From assembly GCA_964270895.1 (NCBI GenBank), contig OZ185435.1: a stretch of DNA of 64,000 bases; one strand, given 5' to 3'. Below, one piece after another: positions 50,558 through 61,727 of the stretch. The first letter of the stretch is position 1; each line of letters starts with the position of its first letter. Under the pieces are notes generated by a model. It saw nothing but the letters and a program-made list of their open reading frames with translations. It had not been told where the DNA came from and made no database searches. The DNA is from Podarcis filfolensis (lineage: Eukaryota). Position numbers and translations under genes: made by a program.

Positions 50558-51487
50558 TGTTCAGGCATTAGCTTGCACCACACCGACTAAAGAAGCATCT
50601 TCTACTTGGAAAGTGATGTCTCCTTCCTTCTCTCCTTGAACTAACTTAGTTCTACTGTTCTCATCAGTGCCTGGGCTAATACAATCTGCCCTGAGATTGG
50701 TAATGATGAATCGGGTCCTCCCCCTTAATGAGGGCACGGAATGCGGTGAGACCTGGAAAACCGACACCCTGTGTTGTGGGTGGGTACGTTTGGACAGCCA
50801 CAACACCTGATTGGTAGGTCCCTCAAAGCTGGGTACAATCTGGCCAATGGGACGCAGTCCGAATGGTTCAAGGGACCTATTTATGCCCATGCACGTGACC
50901 CAGAGCTTCCTCTTTTGGGGCGTGCATTTGGAACACCCGCCCACCTCTCCCTACTTTTAAGGCTTTGCTCTTGACCTTGCTATGCCGTCGTGTGTCGTCT
51001 GTCATTGGGACAGGGGCACGGCAGGAATTTCCCCCACTTGGCTGATTGGCTGTTGCCATTTGGGTTTTGCCTGCAGCGTAGCAAATCGTCACAACTTGTA
51101 AGGTTGCAGATAGGCTCTGGTTCAGGTGATAGGGATGGGAGAACGCTCTCGCCATCCCTATGTGAAGGGTATTCCATTAAACCAATCCAGGGACTCAATA
51201 GTTTGGTCAACCCCTGAGAGGGGGTTGTGCCCATGCCTGAGTCCAGGGGGACATTTGGGTGGAGTTAGCCCGTTCCTGGCTTTCCGCTTATCCAGGTGTT
51301 CACCCTTGGCTGACCTATGCTGGAACCCTGGGTCAGCGCTACCTGCATGGCAGGGAGCTAGTTGAACCAGAGCCTATGCAACCAGTCACTTTCTGTAATC
51401 AATAAAGTTGTGGCCTAAATTCTGCCAAAAACCAAAATTTGAGTCATGTGTGAATTTATTTAGGGGGGAGGTTTCTGGGTCTGAACA
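50558..51487 (+). mobile_element. Solo LTR-like element (930 bp)
   Basis: Inverted termini TGTTCAGGC / GTCTGAACA; CCAAT/ATTGG boxes (~50809, 50835), TATA-like cctatttatgc (~50877), AATAAA 51401-51406; CpG-rich; flanks AGTC / TGCA, so no TSD. Confidence 0.8.
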
Positions 51488-51535
51488 TGCAAAGGACAGA
51501 CTAGAACTTCTTAAAATAAATAAAAATAAATAGAG

Positions 51536-52524
51536 AGAGAAGAAGGTTCCCTCTCTACCCAAGGGATTCTTTGTTCTCCAAATATCAACTAGGTCCAAAT
51601 TGTCGGTCATCTCAAAAAAGGTTTTTGGTAGTCTACCATCCTTGGTGACTACCTGTCTTTGTGCCTTGTCCATATTTGTAGATACCACTCCATTCATATC
51701 CCCCATCAAGATCACATTGTAGTCTAAGTAGTCCATCAAGGTCTCATGCAACTTTTTTAAAAATTCAGATTTCCCCTCATTTGGTGCATAAACTCCTACT
51801 ATCAGAAATTTCTCTCCTTGTGTTTGAATTTCAATTGCCACAAATCTTCCTTGGTCATCTTTAAAAATAAATTTCGGTGATAGACTCTCCTTTGCATAGA
51901 TCACTACTCCTCTTTTTTTAACTTTGTCCGATGAGATAAACTCTTAACCCAATCTTTTGTTAATCAATACTTTTCTATGTAGCCTTATCACATGTGTTTC
52001 CTGTAGACAAATCTAGTCCAATTGTTCCTTTTTTAGTAAATGAAACACTTTTTTCCTCTTCTGGGGGGAGATAAGACCATTTGTATTCCAGCTTGTGATG
52101 GGATGGTGAGCTGCTTGTGCGTAAAATCCTGATCCCTCAGAGTTTGGCTAAGTTCCCAAACCTCTGTCTGTGATGGAGCTCCTTAAGCATGGCTCCATCA
52201 ATCGCTCGTTGAATCGGACAGTGGGCGTTTACGGAACTTCTTCCAGCATAAAAGCTCCTTAACGGAAACACGTCTTCTGGACTCTCGGCGTGACAGTTTC
52301 CGCCGAGGAGTGGGTGTTCCTACGGGAGGTCCTGAAACCCCCCCACTGTTCTCGCTTGAAGTATCTCTGAGCTCTCCCTCCTACTCACTTTCCCTTGGAA
52401 CTCCACTTCTCCCCCTGCTGGTCCCCTCCTCCGCTGAGTGGTCTCTCTCACCCTCCATGAGCCCTTTCACCTCCTTTGTCTCAGATGACAGTTCCCTGAC
52501 ACAGCTTAATAGTTGCAGAGCCAT
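51536..52524 (-). pseudogene. L1 ORF2 N-terminus (APE endonuclease), inverted, interrupted by an LTR and two stops
   Basis: ATG at 52524: MALQLLS|WNTNGL..KRKKVFHLLKKEQLD*ICLQETH...LG*EF...VGVYAPN...GDMN...DIWR. ORF1 C-terminus (...VIPPTEQE*, stop 52565-52567) sits 40 nt upstream. Confidence 0.9.
52093..52501 (-). mobile_element. Solo LTR (409 bp) inserted in the L1 ORF2 start
   Basis: TG...CA ends; 5-bp TSD CAGCT (52088-52092, 52502-52506); removal restores ATGGCTCTGCAACTATTAAGCTGGAATACAAATGG. Confidence 0.92.
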
Positions 52525-52653
52525 GATGTAATTACTTTGCTTTTCCTCCGACTGCGCCCAGGGTTTATTCTTGTTCTGTCGGTGGTATCACTTTTTCTAA
52601 GCTATCCAATCCAAAAGGTAGTGTTGCTATGTCTAATATTCCTCTTTTCAGTG

Positions 52654-55600
52654 CTTCTTCTCTGAAGCCAAAATGACATGGACAAGAATTGACCAAATTT
52701 GGATAACTAGAGGACTGGCTCCAAAGACTAGAAAAGTGGAAATTTGTCCTAAAACTTGTTCTGACCATAATGCTGTGAAAATGGAGATGAAACTAACACC
52801 AACTGGCTCCTTCAGATGGAGGATGAATGACACCTTGTTTAGGGACGAAGAAGTGACCAAGAAGGCCCAAAAAACCTTGAGAGATTATTTTGAGATAAAT
52901 ATGAATACTAGTGTTGAAAAAAGAGTAATCTGGGACGCAAGCAAGGCAGTTATGAGAGGGTTTCTGATACAACAGAATGCAATAAAGAAGAGAACTCAAA
53001 ATGAGAAAAAAGATAAAATTTTTGATAAAATAAAAGAAGGCGAGAGGAAATTGAGAGCGAAACCAAAATCGCAAGAGATTCTGAGAGAAATAAAGTTACA
53101 TCAAGTACAATATATGAAAATGATGAACCAGGAAATAGAGTGGAAAATCAAACAGATGAGACAAAAGACATTTGAATCGGCCAACAAATGTGGGAAATTG
53201 TTAGCTTGGCAAATGAAGAGAAGGCAAAAACTCAATACTATTACAAATTTGGAAGTGGAAGGAAAGAATATACAGAATCCAGCTGAGATTAGAAAATGTT
53301 TCCAGAGGTATTTTAAACAACTATATACACAAGGGCCACAGAAAGAAATTGATATAGATCAATTTTTGAAATTAAATGGACTACAAAAAAATCTCTCAGA
53401 AAAATAAGTTGATGTTGAACTATAAGATAACTGAACAGGAGGTAGAAGGTGCCATCCAGAATATGCAATTGGGTAAATCTCCAGGACCGGATGGCTTAAC
53501 TTCAAGATATTATAGATCCTTGAAAGAGTGGATAATACAACCATTAAAGGAAGTTTGTAATGGAATTTTGGAAGGGAAAAAAGCACCAGAGTCGTGGAAG
53601 GAAGCTTATATTACACTTATGCCGAAAACTGAGTCTGAGAAGACACAACTTAAGAATTACCGCCCCATATCTCTGCTTAATGTGGATTATAAATTTTTTG
53701 CAGATATTTTGGCTAAAAGACTAAAAAAAGGGCTAGTGGAGGAGATACATAAAGACCAAGCAGGCTTTCTCCCGGGCAGACATTTGTCTGACAATACGAG
53801 AAATATAATTAATCTTTTAGAAAAACTACAAGTAAACATCAATACTAAAGCAGTTTTGATATTTATAGACGCGGAGAAAGCCTTTGACAATATTTCTTGG
53901 AGTTTTATGAAGAAGAATCTTCAGGGGATGGGGGTTGGTCAAGGTTTTGGAAACGGTATAGGTGCAATTTATTCAGAACAAAAGGCCAAACTAATTGTTA
54001 ACAATGTGGTGACGGAGGAATTTAAGATAGAGAAAGGGACACGACAAGGTTGCCCAATTTCCCCATTGCTCTTTATTTCGGTCCTGGAGGTTCTCCTAAA
54101 TATGATCAGAAGGGACCAACTGGTTAAAGGTATACAAGTCGGAGCCAAACAGTACAAATTGAAAGCATTTGCAGATGATCTAGTACTGACATTACAGGAG
54201 CCAGAATCTAGTACTAAAAGAGTATTGGAATTGATTCAAGAATTTGGTCAGGTTGCAGGATTCAAGTTGAACAAGTTAAAAACTAAGGTTCTAGAGAAAA
54301 ATCTAACACCGATTGAGAAAGAGAGGTTTCAGAAGGGGACAGGCTTGACATTGGTTAAGAAAGTAAAATACCTGGGGGTTAATATGACTGCTAAGAACGT
54401 GAATTTATTTAAAGATAACTATGAAAAATGTTGGTCAGAAGTGAAAAAGGATTTAGAAATATGGTCAAATTTGAAGCTTTCCTTGCTAGGCCGTATTGCT
54501 GCTATAAAAATGAATGTATTGCCAAGAATGTTGTTTTTGTTTCAATCATTGCAAATTATGAATAAAATGGACTGTTTCAAGAAGTGGCAGAGAGATATTT
54601 CTAGATTTGTCTGGCAGGGCAAGAAGCCCAGAATAAAATTTAAAATACTAACCGATGCAAAAGAAAGAGGTGGATTTGCCCTGCTAGACCTTAAACTTTA
54701 CTATGAATCAGCTGCATTTTGCTGGCTGAAAGAATGGCTGCTTCTTGAGAACACAGACATTTTGGATTTAGAAGGTTTCAATAATGTATTTGGGTGGCAT
54801 GCATATTTGTGGTATGATAAGGTCAAAGCGCATAAAGCATTTAAAAACCATATTGTCAGGAAAGCATTGTTCAATGTATGGATAAGATATAAAGACTTAC
54901 TTGAAAATAAAACCCCAAGGTGGTTATCACCGATGGAAGCGAAGGCTCAAAAAAAGCTCAATATGGAGGCCAAATGGCCGAAATATTGGGAGATTTTGGA
55001 ACAAGAAGGAGATAAATTGAAATTGCAGAGCTTTCAGAAACTAAAAGACAAAGTGCGAGATTGGCTTCATTATTATCAAATAAGGGAGGCTTACAATTTG
55101 GACAAGAAAATTGGCTTCCAGGTGGAAAAATCAAAATTGGAAACAGAACTGTTAGATCCCAAAACTAAGATATTATCAAGAATGTATAACTTGCTGCTGA
55201 AATGGAATACTCAGGATGAAACGGTAAAATCTGCTATGATAAAATGGGCACAAGATGTCGGACATAACATTATGTTGGCTGACTGGGAACAGTTATGGAC
55301 CACAGGTATGAAATTTACGGCATGTAATGCCTTAAGAGAGAATATTATGAAAATGATATACAGGTGGTACATGACACCAGTCAAGCTTGCAAAAATCTAT
55401 CATTTGCCCGATAATAAATGTTGGAAATGTAAAGAAAATGAAGGTACATTCTTTCACCTTTGGTGGACGTGCCCAAAGATTAAGGCTTTCTGGGAGATGA
55501 TCTATAATGAAATGAAAAAGGTATTTAAATATACCTTCCTGAAGAAACCAGAGGCCTTTCTCCTGGGCATGGTCGGCCAATTGGTGCTAAAGAAGGATAG

Positions 55601-55826
55601 AACTTTCTTTATGTATGCTACAACAGCAGCAAGAATACTTACTGCAAAGTATTGGAAGACACAAGATCTACCCACCCTGGAAGAATGGCAGATGAAGGTG
55701 ATGAACTATATGGAACTGGCGGAAATGACTGGCAGAATCCGAGACCAGGGAGAAGAGTCGGTGGAAGAAGATTGGAAGAAATTTAAAGACTATTTACAGA
55801 AAAACTGCAAAATTAATGAATGTTAG
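52654..55826 (+). pseudogene. L1 ORF2 main part (EN C-terminus, RT, CCHC knuckle), one +1 frameshift
   Basis: ORFs 52673-53407 and 53376-55826 fuse if one A is removed from A7 at 53385-53391; NYRPISLLNVDYK, GTRQGCPISP, FADD, CWKC-x8-H-x4-C. Confidence 0.95.
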
Positions 55827-56629
55827 AATGATGTCGGAATGAAGTTAAGTGGTTTTAGCAGCAATGTTATAAAGGAGTATGTAAAAATGGATTGTTAATA
55901 GGTGAGAATGTAAAGTTATAATATATTAAGATAAAGGATTAAGATAAAAACAAAGAGGGAAAGGATTTGCTGAAATAACCAACTGAACTGGAATACAAAA
56001 AAGGGAGGTGTGAGGAGGTCAGGGAAACAAGTAAATGAAAGATAAGATATGGAAAGATTGATTTGTTTTTAATTGTTTTTATTTTCCTGTATTTTGTATT
56101 TTCTCTTCTTTTTTTCTTAATTTGTAACCTTTTTTTGAAACTTTAATAAATATCTTTAAAAAAATAAAAGTAAAAATAAATACATCATAATGAATAGTCG
56201 GCAGCATAGAATGTAAGAGGCTATCGATGGCTGCATCACACCCCCCAGAATTGTTTAGCTTTCGCACAGCTGCTCAAGCTCCTCTCATGAGGCAGCTGCA
56301 TCACAAATAGGCTGGTGCCCCACTAATGCTGCAGCACCAGTGACTGTGAGGTATTGCACTGGAATGGTGTCAGATCCCATTTATGATCATTAGGTGATGA
56401 AATGTTCTCTCACTCAGGAACTGAAAGCCTAGCTCTTCATTCTCTGAGCAGTTACACCGCAGGAGCTTATGGGCTAGGTGCATTACAAAAGAATGTGAAG
56501 ATCCAAATCACCTTGTCAAAAACAGGTCTTCCCAAGTGGTTTTATGAATCAAGTTGTGACATCCAGGTTTTTCAGTCTAACATTTCCAGATTGAAAAGAT
56601 TATTGCATTTTTATTGTATTGTTTAAGAT

Positions 56630-56826
56630 CCATAGAATCATAGACTTGTAGAGTTGGAACGGACTGCAAGGGACATCTTGTCCAGCCCCCTGCAATGCAG
56701 GAATCTCAATTAAAGCACCTATGACAGATGGCCACCCAACTTCTGATTAAATACCTCCAGTGAAGCAGAGTCCCCCACCTTCCAAAAGAGTCTGTTCCAC
56801 TATCATACACCTCTTACTGTCAGAAA
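56630..56826 (-). mobile_element. Older CR1 3' end
   Basis: catagaatcatagacttgtagagttggaacgg...ccccctgcaatgcaggaatc...ctcttactgtcag. Confidence 0.85.
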
Positions 56827-57871
56827 ATAGCTCAGTTAAGTAGATTTTCCCCCCATCAAGAAAAAGTCTTTTTTATTTTAACAAATGTTGTATGTTCAGA
56901 GTGCAGGGGGTCTCTGGATTTGGCTCCAAAAACGTGCAATGATAAGAAAAGTATCTGCCCACATATATTGCCCTGTGGAAAAGTTCACAATGTAAACCGT
57001 GCAGAAATGTCTGAATGTGTAGTAAGCCAGAATGAAAACAGCTAGAGGTTCCATTGTTGCTATTAGTAGGAGTTAATCACCGGTACTGGTTAATAACAGA
57101 TATTATTTGCAATAGTATAATGAGATCATACACAAGCTGCTTGAGGTTGTTGATTTACACATGTATTTAGGCTTTTAACCCACTGTGTTCTGAAAGCTTA
57201 TGTATATATGTTTAGTTTTTGAATTGTTAGCATATCCTTGTTGTTAAAGAGCATTATGGCGTTAGCTAGACCAAACATACCCCATGGCAGGACCATCTAC
57301 ATTCCAGCTTACATCCCTACACATGCATGCACACACACATACATTAAAAAGGATCAAACTACACTATAGGTCAATCTACTAAAGTGAAGCTGCACCACAA
57401 AAAAAGTTGTTGCAAACCCCAGGACAGACAGAACCATTAAAAAAAAAATACAGGAACTAAAATTATGGATTCCTGGCCCCTCCACCAAAAAGCTGGGTCA
57501 ATAGAGTTCATAGTGCTACTTTATGTGTCCCTATCATTGTATGACTTGCCTCATGCTCTTTTTTTTCACACAAAGTAACATTAGGCGTCTATACCAAGAA
57601 AGGTCTTGGTAAACTGTCCTAATCATAAATTTCAGATGTATATTTATATCCACTGCTGTTGAATCACAGCCTCTCTGACTGTCATGCTACTTGATGTAAC
57701 TCAATGCTACCAAAATAATCTGGAGATTATAGCTAGAACAAAGGAATGTGAGAAAGAGTGATACGTCAAGTTCCTTTGAAGGATAAAGTGAAAATCTGAT
57801 TACTTGGTGAATTTCCTATTCTCTTTTACATTTTTCTCCTCAATTTGCTCCCTGAATAAGTAAGGTATATA

Positions 57872-59479
57872 TAGTGGGGGGTGGGGAGTATTTGATCCCC
57901 TGCTAAATTTGCCAATTTGCCCTCTGATGAAGAAATGACCAGTCCATAATTTTAATGGTAGGTTTATTGTAGCTGTGAGAGACAGAAGAACAACAGGAAA
58001 ACCTCCAGAAACCCAAGAGACAAAAGTCAGATTGATATGCATTATAATGAGTGAAATAAGTATTTGATCCCTTTGCAAAAGATGACTGTACTTGGTGGCA
58101 AAACCCTTGTTGGCAATTACAGAGGTCAGACGTTTCTTGTAGGTGGCCACCACCAGGTTTGCACACATCTTAGGAAGTATTTTGTCCCACTCCTCTTTGC
58201 AAATCCTCTCCAAGTCAGTAAGATTTCGAGGCTGATGTGTAGCTACTCGAACCTTCAGCTCCCTCCACAGATTTTTGATGGGATGAAGGTCTGGAGACTG
58301 GCTAGGCTACTCCAGGACCTTAATGTGCTTCTTCTTGAGCCACTCCTTTGTTGCCTTGGCCGTGTGTTTTGGGTCATTGTCATGCTGGAATAACCATCCT
58401 CGACCCATTTTCAATGCCTTGGCTGAGGGAAGGAGGTACTCACCCAAGATTTGACAATACATGATCCCGTCTATCGTCCCTTTGATGTGGTGAAGGTTTC
58501 CTGTCCCCTTAGCAGAAAAACACCCCCAAAGCATAATATGTGCCCCTCCATGTTTGACGGTGGGGATGGTGTTCTTGGGGTCGTAGGCAGCATTCCTCCT
58601 TCTCCAAACACGGCGAGTTGAGTTGATGCCAAAGAGCTCAATTTTGGTCTCATCTGACGACAACACTTTCACCCAGTTCTCCTCTGGGTCATTCAGCTGT
58701 GCATTGGCAAACTGCAGACGGGGCTGTACATGTGCTGTCTTGACCTTGCAGGCTCTGCAAGATCTCAGTCCTTCACAGCGTAGTGTGTTACCAACTGTTT
58801 TCATGGTGACTATGGTCCCAGCTGCCCTGAGATCATTGACAAGTTCCCATCATGTAGTTCTGGGCTGCTTCATCACCGTTCTCATGATAATTGCAACTCC
58901 ATGAGATGAGATCTTGCATGGAGCCCCAGAACGAGGGAGGTTGACAGTTATTTTGTGTTTCTTCCATTTGCAAATTATTGCACCAACTGTTGTCACCTTT
59001 TCACCAAGCTGCTTGGCAATAGTCTTGTAGCCCAGTCCAGCCTTGTGCAGGTCTACAATCTTGTCCCTGACATCCTTGGACAGCTCTTTGGTCTTGGTCA
59101 TGGTGGCTACTTTGGAATCTGCTGGATTGATTGCTTCTGTCGACAGGTGTCTTTTGTACAGGTACTGTAATGAGCTGGGATTATAGGTAAGACCTCTCCC
59201 TTACAGCAGGTGCTTCTAATCTCAGCTCATTACATACAGTGAAGATACCAGGTAGCCCGACATCTGGCTGATTGATAGGGGATCAAATACATATTTCACT
59301 CATTATAATGCACATCAATCTCTGACTTTTGTCTTCTGGGTTTCTGGAGTTTTTCCTGTTGTTCTTCTGTCTCTCACGGCTACAATAAACCTACCATTAA
59401 AATTATGGACTAGTCATTTCTTCGTCAGAGGGCAAACGGGCAAATTTATCAAGGGAACAAATACTTCCCCCCCTCACTG
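57872..59479 (-). mobile_element. Full-length Tc1 (DD34E) DNA transposon with ~210-bp IR/DR ends
   Basis: TA-flanked; TIRs (c)AGTGGGGGG..AGTATTTGATCCC / mirror ...CCCTCACTG; inner DR AAGTATTTGATCCC at ~58057. Confidence 0.96.
58085..59101 (-). pseudogene. Tc1 transposase pseudogene
   Basis: [20 protein letters not shown] (paired-like HTH), GRPR-like PRSGAP, SDETK, HDND; one frame with stops at 58850 and 58307; catalytic E replaced by K (codon 58274-58276). Confidence 0.95.
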
Positions 59480-61357
59480 TAAGAGTGTCAAGCTTCTCCT
59501 AAACTTTAAGCCCACAGGGCATTCTCATGTGAGATCGATTCTGGCACAGTGGATGGCAAGAGACTCATGAAAGTTTTGTTTAAGCATAGGTAGCTATTTT
59601 GTCATGGGGCATTACATTAGGTACCATGACTGGTATTAATTTTCATAAAATATCTTACTCCATTAGAATCATGGGAGGCCATTATTTCAACAAAGAACTC
59701 TTTGTTGCAGAGGGAAAAACCCATATTTCCTTAGCTTTTAAAAAAGAAAATTTTAATATAACTCCCTAATAATTCTTACCTATGCCCTTTCCTCCATCAT
59801 AAATAAATGAAAGGCTCCTTTGGAGACCCATAAAGCAATGAGGTTGCTAATTCTTTTCGCCCCTGTTCTACTCTTTTCTCTTCTGTTCATCTTCCTCTTC
59901 TTCTCTCTTTTGAATCACATCTTCCTGGTCACCTCTCCTCACTCTTCCTGCCAGTAAAATATTTTCCTTGCATTGGAATGGCTCTTTACATTTTTGTTAC
60001 CAGTGGGAGACTTAGGAATGCCAACCTTTGAGAAATTCTTCAGTGAACAATTTGTATGCAGGTGCCCACATTGCTGTGTCTTTATAGTCTTCCTGAATGC
60101 AAGGATGACCAATCATAAACAAGGCTGGTGGAAGTCAAGACTATTGCAAACAATGAATTTAAAGAGGTTGGCTATCAAGGAGTTGTCAGTTCTATTCACT
60201 ATCTCATCATCTAACACAAAATAAAGACTATGGTGCACTTTGCTTCAAGTTATTTGGATGGTGTTAACGTGATATGTTCACCGTACACTCAGTAGAACTT
60301 TTTGCCATTGAATTTCTTGGTGGTTTTGAAGTGTTAATAACAAATGATGCAAATAACATCCTGCCCTAGGACTGCTGTCAGTTGAGATTTCATCCCTTTT
60401 CACCCTTTTCTACTCCCTCCACATATTTCCCTGCCCTTCATGACTGTTTGTCCCTTTGCCACTCTCACTTCCCTCCCATCACTGCCTTAATGATTACCCT
60501 GTATAGGAAATTCTCTTTCAGACACCTCTCCCAAATCTGTTTCTTTAGCTAGCACAGAGTGGCATCAGTCAAAGTGGCTAAACACATGTAATTGGGGGAA
60601 TTGGGGGCTGAAGAGGGAAACAACATTTGCTTCAGAGAGCATCTTGCAGTCAAAATAAACAGCTTCCATTTAACATTGATATAGGAAATCTAGTGACACC
60701 AACTATCCCTTTCCATACCCACTACCATTTTCTGTTTGGGTCTCATCGAGCTAAAAAGCTTTGGAAGATGGAATTTACAGAATTCACTAGCCTACAAGTA
60801 AGATCCTCTGAAATCAAACAGGAATTACAGGAGTTTATACAAGATTCTAAATATTCAAGGTCAAACTGCTGACTCCTGCTGGGTTTCATCGGCTACTTGT
60901 TTAAACTCTACTTATGTGAAAGTTTTGCTACATATCATTGGGATGTTATTCAAAAGATCTGTTAAATTGTTTTATAACCATACCTAGACAGGGAAGAAAT
61001 CTAGGTATTTAGACACTTTCATACCTCAGATTAGCAGCTAATTCATTTCAAGGGATGGTCACTTTGGGGAAGATTTGGAGGGTAGTAGACTCTTCCCTCA
61101 AAGTAGACTGCAAGCAAGCTGTTGCAAGAGCACCACTTCCCCTTCAAGACATGCCTGATCTATCTTTGCAACAGGGGGGGGGGAAGTTTTAAGATTAAGA
61201 ACTAAGTTTTGTTTAACATTTATGCAAAAGACTCATGCAGTGATACAGTATTTGTGACCTCCACATTACTATGAAATAATAATACAGCAGTATGGTTGAT
61301 ACCAGAAAATATCAGGCCATTCCTAAGCAGCAGTTCTTCTGCCTTTATTTCTAGGAC

Positions 61358-61727
61358 AAGGTAAAAGATAAAGGACCCCTGGACAGTTAAGTCAGGTCAA
61401 AGGCGACTATGGGGTTATGGCGCTCATCTCGCTTTCAGGCTGAGGGAGCTGGCGTTTGTCCACAGACAGCTTTCTGGGTCATGTGGCCAGCAGGACTAAA
61501 CCGCTTCTAGCACAACGGAACACCGTGACGGAAACCAGAGCACACGGAAATGCTGTTTGCCTTCCTACCACAGAGTTACCTGTTTATCTACTTGCGCTCG
61601 TGTGCTTTCAAACTGCTAGTTTGGCAGGAGGTGGGACAGAGCAGCAGGAGCTCACTCCGTTGCGGGGATTCGAACCGCCGACCTTCTGATGCGCAGAGGC
61701 TCAGTGGTTTAGACTACAGCGCCACTC
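61358..61727 (-). mobile_element. Sauria SINE (same subfamily as 40287-40668)
   Basis: aaggtaaaagataaaggacccctgg...ggggattcgaaccgccgacc...cagcgccactc. Confidence 0.93.

Larger units (their letters stand above)
51513..56182 (+). mobile_element. L1 LINE insertion with inverted 5' segment (minus 51533-52653; plus 52654-56160)
   Basis: The EN reading frame ...NPLGREGTFFS (minus, ends ~51536) continues as FFSEAKMTWTRID (plus, starts ~52654); TT/AAAA at 51511-51516; TSD TAAAAATAAATA (51521-51532, 56171-56182); A-rich tail. Confidence 0.93.

Noticed and set aside
52110-52564. Apparent unusually long GC-rich L1 inter-ORF spacer
   Set aside because: Explained by the 409-bp solo LTR insertion; the true spacer is 40 nt.
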